The notes beneath the pieces were generated by a model, which saw only the letters and a program-made list of their open reading frames with translations, was not told the origin of the DNA and searched no databases. Source: Eledone cirrhosa (lineage: Eukaryota). From it: a stretch of 64,000 bases of DNA. A program made the translations under genes and the position numbers. Shown here piece after piece: positions 29,521-45,286 of this stretch; position 1 is the first letter of the stretch; each line of letters begins with the position of its first letter. The stretch is from positions 239,816,001 to 239,880,000 of the forward strand of contig OZ024742.1 of the NCBI GenBank assembly GCA_964016885.1. The letters are read 5' to 3'.

Positions 29521-31813
29521 ACTTTACTCTTTGACAAGTTAACTTTAAGACCTGATTCCAGGTTTGGAGTTTTTTAAGCTATAAGCTTTAATCTGCATAC
29601 AGCCATGGGCAATATATATATATTTATATATATACACACACACAAGTTTAAGACTGGCTGCCCCTGAGAATGTGTGTGTGTGTGTGTACATATATATACA
29701 CACACAGTGCCGGAGACAGGTAACTTTTTATATCATTATCTATTTACTTATTTTGCCTCTTTCTCTTCATCCTCTCTATCGCCCCTCTCCCATGTTATTA
29801 CCATTGCTACTGCTACTAAATAGAGTGTTTGGCATTAGGAAGGGCATTCAGCCATAGAAACGATGAATAAAATATGGAATATATTAGCAAGGGAGGCATG
29901 GTTATCTGATGCCAACACAGAAAACAGACAAATAATGATGATGGTGGTGGTGGTGGTGGTGGTGTTTTTCTGCATCTAAGCCATAAACATTTTATAAATG
30001 ATATGTGGGAAAGGGAAGTATGCAGGGACACCATCTACTTCATGCAAAACAGCTCAAAAATTGCTGTAAATATTTTATAATGCAAATTTTTAGATAAATT
30101 TCAACAATTGGATCAGACTTTTTGTGAAGTTCAAATTCAATAATTGCAATCTTATGCAAGCAACTACTACTATAAAATGGTTTGCATATATGTGTTGATG
30201 AGCTCGTAGGATTGGGTTAATAAATAATGACATTCTTCACAAACATCTAAGTAAAACAATTACATTTCAAGTGTATTTATATTGCTAGATGTAATAGTGC
30301 AGAGGAAAATTCTATATATGCAAGAAAAGCAACTATATTATGAATAAATTATAGGCAAAATATGACACATACTTCATATGACCATTAAATTAAATTAACT
30401 TTGGTAAAAGTATTTAAATATAGTTTCTGCCTAAATCTATATCAAACATAATTTAATATATGTGTGCATTATGTTGGTCTACCTGGAACTAACTTCAGCA
30501 AAATTTGACAGCTTTGCACAGGCTATTCTACATAAAATATCAATATATCAAAACATTGAGACTTCAACTGCAACAATGCTGATAGCACAACAACAGTGGT
30601 CAAATTAGGTATATTATGATGGGAACTTTAATATTGTTGAGAACTTGAGCTCCAAATCATTGCAGCATGTTTATATATAATGGGCAAGTGACTGCTACCG
30701 TATTCTCAGGTTGATCCAAGCCTTGGCAGTAAAATTTGGTAAAATAGAAACTGTATAGAAGCCCATTAGATTGACTATATCTTTTCTTGGGTACTAGACT
30801 TAATTTGTCACTTATTTAACCCTTTTCATACCAGCCTTGCCTCAAACTGGCTCTTATCCTATGAAACAAAACCATCTATTTTAAAGGACTCCTATTTGAA
30901 TTAAAATCCTCCAACATAATTTTATATAAAAACCAAATGTTAAATTACTATTGTAATTTATAATTTAAATAAATCCTTCAAAATTCTTCATTAATTAATT
31001 AATTAAAACAAATATGATTTTGAAAGGGTTACACCACTATCTGGCTCTTGGGTGTCTTTCAGAATGCACTCTGTCAGACTAGATATGTAAACTGTAATCT
31101 TTTATTGAAAAAATAGAGGCAATTACACAGACTATCCTGTAGATTCATGCAACACATCTGGGAACAACTTAATTTATACATGATAATTCTTAGAATATTA
31201 TACACATCTCAAAATTCATGGCTAAAAGTTGAACATTAATCTGTAAAAAATAAAAAAATCTACAATTTCTGTGTTTATAAATCCATATCCTTGGATTCAG
31301 CCAATCACAAACAACTTGGTAAAGCAATTGACCAATTGCAACAGCGATATTATGTGGTTGATGATCAAGATGTTAGTGTTTGCAAATAACAACATCTTAT
31401 CAGTTAAAATCTTTGCAGATTGGGTTCCAAATAAATTCCACTCCAGAAAAATAGTTTCTATGTAACTTCCTCCATGATTTTAAAAATACTTTTTAGGCTA
31501 ACAGCAAGAAGGTCACTGATAGGAAAGTTTAAACTGTATGATGATAAGAAGCCCAAGTGGTCTAGTGGTGATGATGATCATTATCATGATTTAACATTCA
31601 TTTTATCTGCTACCAAGAGATGAGCAAGTTGTCGTGACCCAACCCAGTATTCAGTCAGAGCTATAAGCCTTTTACATGGACCAGACCTGCATCTCACCTA
31701 CATACCTTCCTGCGCTCTACAGTGTGTAGATTGTGGAAGCAGTACTAGGGATGTTGTCAAGTCTTTAACACAACTGAAGAGTCCACTTAATTCTTTGTTA
31801 TTTGAACACTTAA

Positions 31814-32033
31814 CCCATTAGCATATAAACCGGCCATATCCGGTCAGAATTCTCTCACCTTTTTCTGTTCAAACTGGCTGTAACCAGCCACTCATATTGA
31901 TGTTACGGTATTGTTCTCAAAATAAATAATATCAAAATCTCATAGATTCGATATTATGTGAGATAATTATGTAACATAAAGCCTTTACCACAAAATATGA
32001 TAGTAAATATAGAGTAATGTAAATGATAAGGGG
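31814..32033. mobile_element. piggyBac-like MITE family A copy
   Basis: TTAA at 31810-31813 and 32034-32037, with TIRs. Confidence 0.85.
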
Positions 32034-33044
32034 TTAAGCAAGAAATGCAGTCTGTAAAGACCTGATGAGATACAGATCTATAATAAAAGTTCCAAAATTG
32101 CTGGATTGCAGAAAATTATTCTAACAAATAGCAAACTTCAATTTTCAATTAATGCTATGAGTAATTTTAATCATGATTAATGGGATTTCTGAAAACTGAT
32201 AGAAGCTTCTGAAGGCTTCTGTAATTTATTTTCTTGATTAAGATAGGACAAATCAACCTGGTTTTTGTAACATATTTTATCAAACAAAAGTTGATGTTAC
32301 ACACCCTAAACATCAATTTTTTCATGTGTGTATATATTGATGTATGGGGTGGAATGGAAGGAGGTTTTAGATCAACTTTTCCAGGCTGGCATGAGTTGCA
32401 TCTGACTGGTTGAGGCAACGTTTTACATACAAAAACACACACACAAGAGTAAAATAGGTTATCTTACAACTGCTTTAGATAGAGTGACTATAGTGTGAAG
32501 TAGTTCAGGAAAACAAAAGATAGTCTATATACTCTTTAATCATTAAAATAATTAAGTAATGGTTGAGGTGTTTAATAAAAATAGTTAATTCATAGTGAAG
32601 GCATGTGGTCTAGCGGTTGTGGAGTTTGAGTCACAATCATAAGGTTGTGGGCTCAATTGCTGGACTATTGTGTTCTTGAGCAAGACACTTCATTCCATGG
32701 TTCTTTCCATATAATGGTTGTGGCTCCTATCATTAAAACACCTGAGAAACCTCCCATGATATGCAGTTAATCCATGTAGGCATTAAATCAACTTAGGATT
32801 GCATTTTCTTACTTGACAACACAAACAAACTGTTGAGAAAAAGAACAGGGTTGGTTCACAGACAAAGAATATATGTGTGTAAAGGTGGGGTTAGATGTAG
32901 AGATTAGTAAGAGCACTAAAACTGTGATCCAGAATAAGTCATCTATGAACCTATCTACAATACATTTATGTATAATAAATATACGTCTAGTCCTGCCATG
33001 AGTATCTTAAGTTAGACTAAATATATGTTAATTATATATAACCA

Positions 33045-34198
33045 CTAGCAGCAGGAACCAGTGTTGTAAGGGGTAGGAAGTGTGAAATAGCAACATGCAT
33101 ATGTAAAGAGTGAGGAATGTAGCTGTGTACTTTTTGAATTCCCTTATTCTCAGGGAATGATTGTTCATCTACTGGAAACGTAGAACACCAGCAGGCCGAA
33201 TCCAGTAGTAGCAGTGTCAGTGGGCTGATTGCCGAAATCATGTATGAGAAAGGAAATACAACTGTTGTGGGGGCGATGTATGTCGTAAGTCTGTTCCCGA
33301 ATTACGTCACTGATGGGGGGACACATAGTCTGAAGGAACGACGTAGTCAATTGTGTGAAAACCAAATACGGATGTACGTTTAAGTAGGGATATTGAGATG
33401 ACGAAATCAGTGTGGCAATGCAGTTGCAGCAGAAGGGGGTCATAGTGCAATTAGCACAAACGCTGGGCAGCACTGGTTGCACTGCATTTACACAGCAACA
33501 AAAGGGGTCACCGCGGAATTAGCACAACTGCTGTTCAGCATACTTGCGCAGGGCGTTCATACTGCAGTGTAGGTGCAACAAAAGGGGTCATAGTAGAAGT
33601 AGCACAGACATGAGTTTTACGGTGTCAATAACACGGCAATGTACACAGGGCCCTGATTTACACGTGATGAAAGCACGAAGCGTCAACAAAGCGCCGACAA
33701 AAGTTTTAAGGTCCTCCTCATTTCCTCAATCCCCTGAAAATGGTCCTGCTTAAAAGTAAGTAAGTGTTGTGTCCTCTGTTAAATAAATCAAATTTTTAAC
33801 AAAATATTATACGCTACTTACAATGTTTTTAACTAGCATTTATATTGAAAATGAAAATGGCATGTAATGCCCAATGCTAATTCATAAATTTCCTAGAACC
33901 ATTAATGGAATTGGAAATTTTTTTTGGTCCACAGCAATGCAAGAGGACTAACTAATGTGTGGTGCAAATTTTGAGAAAATCAGCTGGATTATCTTTAAGT
34001 TACGCCTCAAAAAAGGCTAAAAATGCCTTTAAAATGCAGTTTTTCGCCTATGCGGGCCCTAGGGCAGAAGAAGTTTTTTTTTTAGCCCATTGCACTTCAA
34101 GAAATATAAGTAACGGATATGTAAAGTTTGAAAAAAATCGGTCGGGTACTTCTCGAGTTTTAGGGATTTACACAGACAGACTGTTTTATATATATAGA
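33045..34198 (-). mobile_element. Non-autonomous Helitron
   Basis: On the minus strand: 5' A|TCTATATATATAAAA and 3' CTAG|T, with a degenerate subterminal hairpin. No TSD seen. Confidence 0.75.
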
Positions 34199-36696
34199 TA
34201 TTGTATACAGGTTCGTATATGCCTTTATTCTGAATCACATTGTGTTCGTACTATCACTAATCAACACTTAGCCAGACAAGCTTGCACTATATGTATGAGT
34301 CTTTGTCAAAAATAGTTCCTTTAAAAAATCTATAAAATGATTCTGGCTTTCCTGGTTCAGCAACTGGGTATGAGTAAGAGAGTGCTGACAAACAGTAACA
34401 ATGGCATGCATCCACTGCTCTTATCCTAATGTTTAAGTGGCTGTGACATATATATACATATATATGTAGGAATCAATCAACAAGATCTCAGATCTTATTT
34501 GCTTACTGAGTGGAGTGGAACTCATCAAATCAAACCAAGGAAACAATGTTTCCATTGCTGATACTATCTACTAGTCGCAACACCTGACAGAAATAGCAAG
34601 GTGAAATAAAGTGTCTTACTGAAGGACATAACACATCACCTGGTCTGGTAACAGAACTTGCAACCTCATGATTGTGAATCCAACTCTCTAACCACTAAGC
34701 TATGCACTTTCCCAATGTAACTTCTAATGAGCCTTATATATTTATTATACATAACCATATTATATATAGGTTCATACACCTTTAAAATATTCTTTAATAT
34801 GTTACAAATGAATTTTAACCAATGATTATATTATATTTATTTGAGTCAAATGTCTAATGACTACTTCTCATCTACTTCAAACTTCCACAAAATAACAATC
34901 ACAACAATACCATTAGAATCATTATCAATTTAATATCTAATGTGGAGTGGTTGGTATATATCGTAATGAAAGAGTTATCCTTCTTGATACAAACCTTCCA
35001 GATACTGCTTCTAGTCCTTAGATACACAGTGTCCCATTTCAAAAAATGCATATTTAACCTTTTAGCATTTACATTATTCTATATATGCTATTGTATTTTC
35101 ATGTTACCTCACATAATATCGAATTTATGAGATTTTGATATTTATTTTGAGAACAATACCTTAACATCAATCAGTATGAGCAACCAATTACATTCAGTTT
35201 GAACAGAAAAAGTTGAGAGAATTCTGGTCGGATACAGCCGGTTTAAATGCTAATACTTTTATGCAAAAATATTTCAAGTTAGTTCCTAACACCAACTTAA
35301 TAATCAATTATTAAGTTATTTTATTGAATCCCTTCAAATCTTAATTATTTGCAAAGATGATTGAGACATGTAAGCAGTATACTTCATTAGAAATATGGCA
35401 ATAAAAGGGTTAATTAAATATTAAACATATGAAAGAGACAGGCTATAATTTTCAAACACTTTTCAAAATAATCAACTTTCTCATCATTAAGCTGGTGTTC
35501 GGAACAAAATATAACAATATTCTAACAGAAAATTATGTTGGAAGGTTTTTAGATAAATATAGACATTTCAAAATAAACAGCTTTGCATGATAGAAACCAG
35601 GGGCGATTTCAGGTGGTTTGCTGGCATCAGAGTTAAAAACAAAGGTTTAATAAAACAAAAAATATGTTTCTGCAAAACATATAATGTTAAACAATTGTGT
35701 AATTCTCACGAATTAAAATAATCTATTTTAATTTGTGCTAATGAATTATCTTTCTCTATTTCCAGATTTCACCAAGGAAACTATGCTCTGTATTGGATAC
35801 AATGTGCTTGCTATACAGTGGAAGTAGAACAGAATAAAAAAACCAATCTGCATGAATTGGTAAAAATCCTAGTTTTGATATGTTGCACATTATCCTCATC
35901 ATTATTTTATCATCATTGTTAGTGAATCAGTCCCTAGCCACTTTATATCAACAAAAGTTATTTTTATAGCAATTAAAACCACCAGCAGTAGCCTACACTC
36001 AATTCCTAATTTACTTTGGGAGGCAGAAAACAATAACAGAAAAGGCTAAATATCTCAGCGAAGTCTCTGGAGGATAAACAGACTCGGCTGCCTCGGTTGG
36101 TACAGCCAATCTAATAAATTAAAACAATGGAAATGAAGTAAAAACTCTTAATTGCAAAACAAGCTAAGCATATTGTTAAACATTATTCTTCTAACTTCAC
36201 TGTCTCGTCCAATCAGACCATTATACTGAAAGCTTCCGGCATTGGATGTTTCAAAGCAACCATTCGCATTTAGTTGGAGTTATTTTTTCTCACATGAAAC
36301 ATGTTTGTTGCTTTGTTTCAATATAGAGAAAGTGTGTGGAATAGTGGTTAGGGTGTTGAGCTCACAATCATAAGGTCATGGGTTTGATCTCTGGACCAGG
36401 CAGCCCATTATGTTCTTGAGCATTATTTTACAGGAGCCATTATCATTAAAACATCTATAAGTTGCAACCTCAGAGGAGGCCAGCAAAACCTGCATAATTT
36501 TCCTATTCAATAATTAAATAAATACATCCCTCAGTAGTTTAACATTTTGAAAGCAAGAGATAAATCTTTTGGAAACCTATTTTACTATGTAAGATGCTTT
36601 TTGGAAACAGGAACTATGACCTAGGTCAAACGAGATTCATCTAGCCAGAAAAATAAACATCAACTAAGTACTCATTTGCACCATCCTTATATATAA

Positions 36697-39600
36697 TCAT
36701 CATCACTGTTTAACATCCATTTTTCCACGTTAACATGGGTTAGACAAGTTCACCTGTTGTGAGAAATGCTAGGTCAGGTGACCATGTCAAAACTGATTTT
36801 GGCTTCATTTCCACAGTCGGATGCCCTTATTAACGACAACCACATTTACAGTGAGTACTGGGTGCTTTTTGTCATGACACCTACTCAACCACCTTACAGT
36901 GCGGGCTGGATGCTTTTTGTTGTGACACCTACATGACCACTTCACAGTGTGGGCTGGGCGCTTTTTGTCATGGCACCAAAACAACCACTTTACAGTGTGG
37001 ACTGGAGGCTCCACTAGATGTATGCTTCAGCCTGTCCTCATGGTAGATGTATGGAAGGGTGGGGTGGAGGTGGTGCATACTATATCTATGCTTCAGCTTC
37101 AGCCTATGCCTATGGGAAAGCAGGTCTTTTGTATTACTGCATAACGTCAGAGATCTTGGTCCTGTGTCGTTGTCTTTGAGAGATGCAATTGAACAAGGTC
37201 AGCATTTATCACCTCATCCCAAGTCTTCCAACGACTTTGAGCGCTCTGCACCTTTTTATACAGCTGTCATGCATCACATGTCCATATCAACACAGTCTGC
37301 TCTCCTGCACACCACATCTGATTCATCCTATGCCTAGTTTCTCTCTGTTTGTTTATACTTTGCCATTCACATATATTACTATTACACATCCATTGGAGCA
37401 TGCAAGCTTCATTTCTTTCCAATCTACACAAGTCTTCTGCACACAGCGTTCAGGTCTCACTACCATGCAACATTGCTGTTCTTATGCACGCATCGTTCAG
37501 TCTGCCTTTCCTTTTGAAAGAAAAACCTAATTTGGTCACCCAGGTAGAAGAAGCTGTCTACTGCTTCAACCGAACCTTCTCGAAATTTGATAGCGCTTAT
37601 TTCCTGCAGTCATTTGCTGCTTACTGATCCAATGCAACAGCTACATGTAAAACCTACATTCATAGCTAAACTTCCTGAGATCCCACTACATCCCTTCCAT
37701 AACCATAGTTTGCATTTGGACAGTGGATGCAATTTCTACTGACACCTTTCCTACATACTGAGCAAAGTCATTTCCCAGAGGAGATGAGGCTTTGTTTTCT
37801 CTTCTACTTACTAGGACCTTAGTCTTTGTCAGGTTACCTTTAAGACCATGTTTCTATGACATGCTTCCAGTTTGGGAATTTCTTCACTAGTTACACCATA
37901 GACTCAGCCATAGACTCATTCGCATACAGGAGTTCCCATGGGCACAGTCAGTCTTACATTACTCTGTTATAGCCTGCAGTACAATAATATACAGGAGAGG
38001 CCTAAAAATAGAGCCTTGGTGGATGCCAACCTGCATGCTAAATACCTTGCTATAGTCATTGTTAATTCTAACTTTGGTGACTGCTCCATTATACATGGCT
38101 TGTACAGCCTTTACAAGCCACTCATCTGCTCCTAGTTTTCTAAGAGCCCACCAGATTATGACACAGGGCGCTCTGTCAAAAGCTTTCTCCAGATCAACAA
38201 ATGCCAGATAGAGCGGCTTACTTTTAAATGAATACTTTTCCTGTAGCTGGGCGCTCTGTCAAAAGCTTTCTCCAGATCAACAAATGCCAGATAGAGCGGC
38301 TTACTTTTAAATGAATACTTTTCCTGTAGCTGCTTCACCAGAAAGAGAGCATATGGTGCTTTTACCTGGTACAAGTCCGAACTGCATCTCATCTAGATTT
38401 ACTCGGTCCCCAATCAGCTGTGCTATAAATTTCTGTTACTTTCATGGTCTGGTTCATCAACTTGATGCCTCTATAGTTTCCTCTATCTAGAGCATCTCCT
38501 TTACTCTTGTAGCAGTTGACAATGATGATGATGATGATGCGCCAATGATTCGGTATGACACCATTTAGAATTACTTGGTTTACAATACATGATTAAAGTG
38601 TGGCCTACCGACCCAGATGCTTTCAGCATCTTGGTTACTATTCCCAATGGATTGGCTGCTTTCCTGGTCTTTGTATCCTTAATTGCCTTACAACACTGCT
38701 GCTGACTTGTACAGCTGGGCCCTCTGTAGGGCCCACATAATGTAGTGTCACTTTCTCCCATGCATTCTCCTCATTCATTAATCTTTCGTAATGGCTCTTC
38801 CATGCACCTTTCTTTTCGGAATCTGTGAAAGCAAGTGCACCTTTATCACCATGGACACACTTCTCACCAATGACATCACAATTTTCCTTAACTCATTGCC
38901 TTGCAATCCTGAACACCTCATGTTTCTGGTCTTCACGCTGCAAAACATGCTTGGATTTTTTTTGTCTTCTGATTCCCTCCTTACTTAGTATACTTGTTGT
39001 CTAGCTTCCCTCCTGGCCTCTATGTAGTGTACCCTGCTTCCTCCATTCTTCTATTTTTTCCATGTCTGTCTCTTGGCCTTAATTGTCACATCTACCTTAT
39101 TGTTCCACCACCACCAAGTCATTCTCCTTCTCGCTGTTCCATCCACAGATCTCATCTGTTGCCTTAAGTAGATTATTTTTCAGGAACTTCCAATGCTCTT
39201 CTATATTGAATGTCTCTGTTTTTCCTTACTGTCATAGGTGTCGAGCAAAATATCTCTAAATCTGTTACTGGTTGAGGATTCTTTCAGCTTCCATATCCTT
39301 ATCCTCCAGGTTGCCCTCTGTTTCCAAGTTCGTCTAGCTCTGACAATGAAGTCACTAATTACTAAGTTATGTTGAGATGTGCATTCTTCATCAGAGAAGG
39401 ATTTCATGTTTACCACCATCACTTTATCTCATCCTCTGGTAAGGATAAAATCTATCTGACTATCATGTTCACCAGATCTATAGGTGATCAGGTGGTTATC
39501 GAGTTTTTTGAAGTTTGTGATACATATTGATAGGTCATTAGCGTCACGGAATACTGGAAGCCTGAAACCTTCTTCATTTCTTGCACCAAACCCATAGCCT

Positions 39601-40427
39601 CTGTAAAATGTAATGTAATGTAATGTAATGTAATGTGTCCATTAAAGACCCCTGTGATGATCAGGAAATCAATGTCATTCGTTAGTGCAGTAGTGTGCAC
39701 TAGGGATTCGTAAAAACCTATCTTGTTTGTCTCACAACCCAGATTGCAGATATAATTGTGGTAATTGTTGTATTTATGACTAGTCTGATTTTTAATGATT
39801 CTCACATTCACTCTATTTACAGAGATTCTACCAATTTGACAGCTAATAAGATACCTACTCCCCAACAGTCAGTTGTCATTTCCTACCAAGAAAAATTTAT
39901 AGCACTGTTTTTTGCCTACAAGGAATCTAGCTGACTCTCCTCTCCATTTAGTCTCTTGCACACAACAATTTTCTTCTGCTCTAGCATCTCTCCTGTTCTT
40001 TCTTTCATTGTGCTCACATTGATGGTGCCAATTCAGATATTTGGGTATTTGCCGTCATTGATAGAGGAAGATGAGGATGGGCACTTGTGGAGGTTGGGGT
40101 GGGTGTATGTTTTCCGTATTTGAAATAAAGAAGGTTCACATGGTCGCCTGGAAATACATTGTTTCATATATTTGTATTTAGGATTGTTCCATCATTTCAG
40201 CCCGTCCATAATAAATGAAAATCTCCAAGAACAAAAAAGATAGTAGCAGCAGTAGTCGCATTTAGCAGTTACTGCCACAAATAGTGGGATGAAGGGATCT
40301 TTGTATTGCTGCGGTTTGATTAGCCTAAGAGGGTAGATCAAATGTTTATAGAAAGTATGAAATAGATACATGAAATAGGATAGAGCTGTTGTTGTAGTAA
40401 ATTTTGGAGTTTGTAAGTTACACATGA

Positions 40428-40430
<3 letters not shown>
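36697..40430 (-). mobile_element. Decayed, near full-length RTE LINE related to LINE B
   Basis: Fragmented translations EECTSQH, KMLKASGSVGH and KPLYLAFVDLEKAFDR; many stops and frameshifts; same 3' UTR module and tail. Confidence 0.9.
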
Positions 40431-41350
<920 letters not shown>

Positions 41351-41663
41351 ATAATTACGAAGACCAAAATCCAAAGAGGGCTCGATGAAGATTAAAACGA
41401 CAGACCAAATATTATTATTAGTACAGATTAAAGTTCAGGCAAAGATTGCTGCTTTCATCCTATTACGGGTTCTTCTGAAACTGAGAAAATTTGATCTGTA
41501 GACGCAGAAGAATATATTTTAAAAAGCGTAACAGCCCAAAGAAAACAGGAAGAATATATATATATAGAAAAGACAGAAGCGAAAAGCGAAAACCAACCAA
41601 ACAGTGAGTGTGTCCTGTTATTAATTCTGGCAATATTACACAAATATGACCCTCCCCAAGTAT

Positions 41664-41699
<36 letters not shown>

Positions 41700-41705
<6 letters not shown>

Positions 41706-42250
41706 TCAAATGCAACAAGTGACCAATGACAGCAGCAGATGTATTTGATCACTTTGACCATCATTAAACCTTCCATGTTCCTGCATAAGATTTTGTGTCA
41801 AACTTCGAAATTTCCCATTGTTGCCAGGCTGACTCCTTTCAACAACAATTACACAAAAGATGGCTCTGTGATATCCCCAAAGTTTCAATATAAGGGTTAT
41901 GGTCATTCATAACAATGGTATCCATAATACTAATATTAGGTCTTTTCAACCTTAACTGTAGAATAAATCCATAGAAAAAATACTCATATCTTACTCAACA
42001 GTCTTCTGAAGACCACAAATTCATTAAAGTTGAAATTGACAATATACTAGTCAACGAAATAATAATTTTATCTTCAAAGCTGTCATGGCCTTCTTGTAGT
42101 TGTTGAAGTCTACAAAGGCAGTAAAATGTATTTAGTGATGTTTTAAGCCAAACTCAGAGACATCACCATTTCTGTGCTGTTAACCTTCATTCAGCATCTT
42201 ATTAAGTGTACTTGTATCCGTGAGCACAATATTGCCCGGCCTTTGAAGAT
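41700..42250 (-). mobile_element. Very decayed LINE RT remnant
   Basis: Only an HFTAFVDF motif near 42100-42128 is recognisable. Confidence 0.3.
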
Positions 42251-43109
42251 AATAATGACTTTTAGCAATTTACATGATTGTTTTACAAATGTAGCAGCAA
42301 TTTTTAAAAGGAATGAGAGAAACAGTTAAGGATCTGAAAGGAGTAGCTCATTATCTTGATAATATACTCATATGAGGTCAAAATAAAAAGATTCATCATG
42401 AAATTTTGCAAGTTTTCTTAACATTTGAAGTCCTGTACGACATGAATTAGCAAGACATTCGCAAGTACAAACAAAATTATTACTGCATCATATTAAAAAT
42501 AAAAGTCTTTACTCTAATACTGCAAATTTACATAATCTGTCCACTCCTAAAAATATTATAAACATTTGAATTAGCAAACCTGTTTTGATATATTTTCTGT
42601 TAAATCATTACAGGATGTTTAAGAGTTAAATCTTGAGCTGAGGTAAAAGTTAAAAGCCAATTGAAAAAAAAAATATCAAAAACCTACCACTACAAGCAAT
42701 GAAAGGATGAAAGTCATAGTTGACCTTGATTTGAACTCAGAATGCAGTGGGCCAGAACAGATACCAAGACATTTATAATCGGATTCCCTAAAGACTCAGC
42801 CAATTTGAAGCCCTCATGCATATACATACGTATGTAATAATTATGTATACATGTATGCACAGGTTTCCTTAGGCACATACAAAACAAACCAAAACATAAT
42901 TCACTATTGAATGCATGAACAAACCCAAAACTAAAAACTAAATTGAGATTTTCAATTTAAAACTTTTGTCTGGATCATTCCTTTTCTCAAATGTTCATCA
43001 TGGTCGAATGTGAGAAAAGAGGGAGGGGAAGAAGGAGTACAAAAACCTGCAACAAACACATACATACAAATTTGTGTGTGTCTGTGTAATTTTATATATA
43101 TATATATAT

Positions 43110-44895
43110 CATCATCATCATTTAACGTCCATCTTCCACGCTTGCATGGGTTTGGATGGGAATTTTCCCACTTGAGGCAAGATTGGTTGTCTTGCTCGTA
43201 TAGAATTGTCTGGCGGGTTTTCTATGGCTGGATGCCCTTCCTAACACCAACCACGTTTACAGTGTGGACTGGGAGGTTTTTACCGTGTTACCTACACGCC
43301 CACATTACAGCGTGGACTGTGTGTATTTTTTTTGTCGTGACACCTACACGACCTCATTTATTTCGGACTGGATGTTGTGGTACCAACATAACTTTAGTTC
43401 AAAAGGGGTGGTGTGAATGCGTGTGTGTGTGGGGGGGGGGGTATTTTTGTTAGAGATGCCTACTGACTGTAGGTTTCGCTTTGTACTTAGGCAAGGCGGA
43501 TCTTCTGTATTACTGTGTAGTGCCAAAGATCTCGGTCCAGTGACATTGTCTTGGAGAGGTGTAAGTGTGTGAGGTCGGAATTTATCAAGTCGTCCCAGGT
43601 TTTTCTGGGTCTGCCTATTCCGTGGCTACCGTCTATCTTTATTGCCCTGCACTTTGTTATACAGCTATCATCCTTCATGCGCATCACGTGACCATACCAA
43701 CGTAGCCTTCTCTCTAGTAAACAACATCTGATCCCTCTTATTTCTAATTTTTTCCTTAGTTCGTTTATGCTTTGTCGTTCACGTATATTACTATTACACA
43801 TCCAGCGGAGCATGCAAGCTTCGTTCCTCTCCAGTCTGCATATATCCTCTGCACACAATGCCCAAGTCTCACTGCCATGTAACATTGCAGTTCGTATGCA
43901 GGCATCATACATCCTACCTTTCATTTTTTGAGAGAACCCTTTAGCGGCCAAAAAGTGGTATAAGCTCTCTGAACTTTTTCCATCCCGTTCTGACTCTAGC
44001 TACTGTACTTTCAGAGCACCCTCCACCACTGCTGATTTTGTCACCCAAGTAACGGAAGGTGTCCACTATTTCTATAGAACCATCTGTGCAATGGAATGAG
44101 CTAGTATTCTGTGGGCACTTGCTGCTACTTATTGCACCTGAGCACCGGCCACATATAAAATCTATATTCTTAGTTAGCTTACCTGTGATCCCACTACATC
44201 TTTTATGCACCCATACTTTGCATTTGGGACATAAAATGGAGTTTCTGCCTACTCCTTTCCTACACACTGAGCATGGCCATTTCCCAGATGGGACCAGTGC
44301 CCTATTTTCCTTCCTACAAACTAGAACTTTAGTCTTAGACAGGTTAATTTTAAGGCCTTTTGATTCTAGGCCATGCTTCTATGTTTGGAATTTTTCTAGT
44401 TCAGCCATTGATTCAGCTATGAGCGTTAGATCATCTGTGTATAGAAGTTCCCATGGGCAGCCGGTCTTGAACTCCTGTTATAGCCTGATGGGCAATAATA
44501 AATAGTAGGGGCTAAGGACGGAGCCCTGATGAACACCAACTTTTATGCTAAACGCTTCACTATATTCGTTGTTAATTCTAACCTTGCCGACTGTTTCTTT
44601 ATACATGGCTTGTATAGCTCTCACAAGCCATTCATCAACACCTAGTTTTTTAAGAGCCCACCAGAGCGAGGTACTCTGTCAAAGGCTTTCTCCATGTCAA
44701 CAAAAGCTAAGTATAGGGGTTTACTTTTAGCTAGGTACTTCTCCTGTAGTTGTCGTACAATGAAAAGAGCGTCTGTTGTACTTTTACCTGACACAAGCCC
44801 GAACTGCATTTCATCTAGATCAATTCTCTCTCTGATTAGTTGCGTTATTACTTTTTCTGTAACCTTCATGACCTGGTCAATTAATTTAATGCCTC
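43110..44895 (-). mobile_element. 5'-truncated RTE LINE copy (RT, PHD and C-terminus, frameshifted)
   Basis: ORF fragments 44642-44869, 43941-44267 and 43487-43951 are homologous to LINE B. (CAT)n tail at 43110, flanked by (TA)n. Confidence 0.93.
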
Positions 44896-45015
44896 TCTCT
44901 CTCTATATATATATATATCTAGGGAGTGTAACTTGGAGTTACTGTAGGTTCACCCGGGTGAGCACTCGATGTTTAGGTTCACTTCTGTGTCGAGGTGTAG
45001 AGCTATAAATAGTAT

Positions 45016-45286
45016 TATATTGAAAAGATAACAAGGACGATTGGTTACTCCTTCATTACAAATTAATGGTAGGTGACGCGCATTTCGCCACTGATCAGCT
45101 CAAGGTTCGATTTGTATCGATCTTGCCCGACTCAATAATCCGCAGCTCGATGGACCCCTTATTGCGGATTATTGAGTCGGGCAAGATCGATACAAATCGA
45201 ACCTTGAGCTGATCAGTGGCGAAACGCGCGTCACCTACCAATAAATGTAATGATGAAGGAGTAACCAATCGTCCTTGTTATCTTTT

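Noticed and set aside
41455-41718. ORF ending KIYSSASTDQIFSVSEEPVIG as a liprin exon
   Set aside because: No similarity to liprin-alpha and no coherent splice sites.
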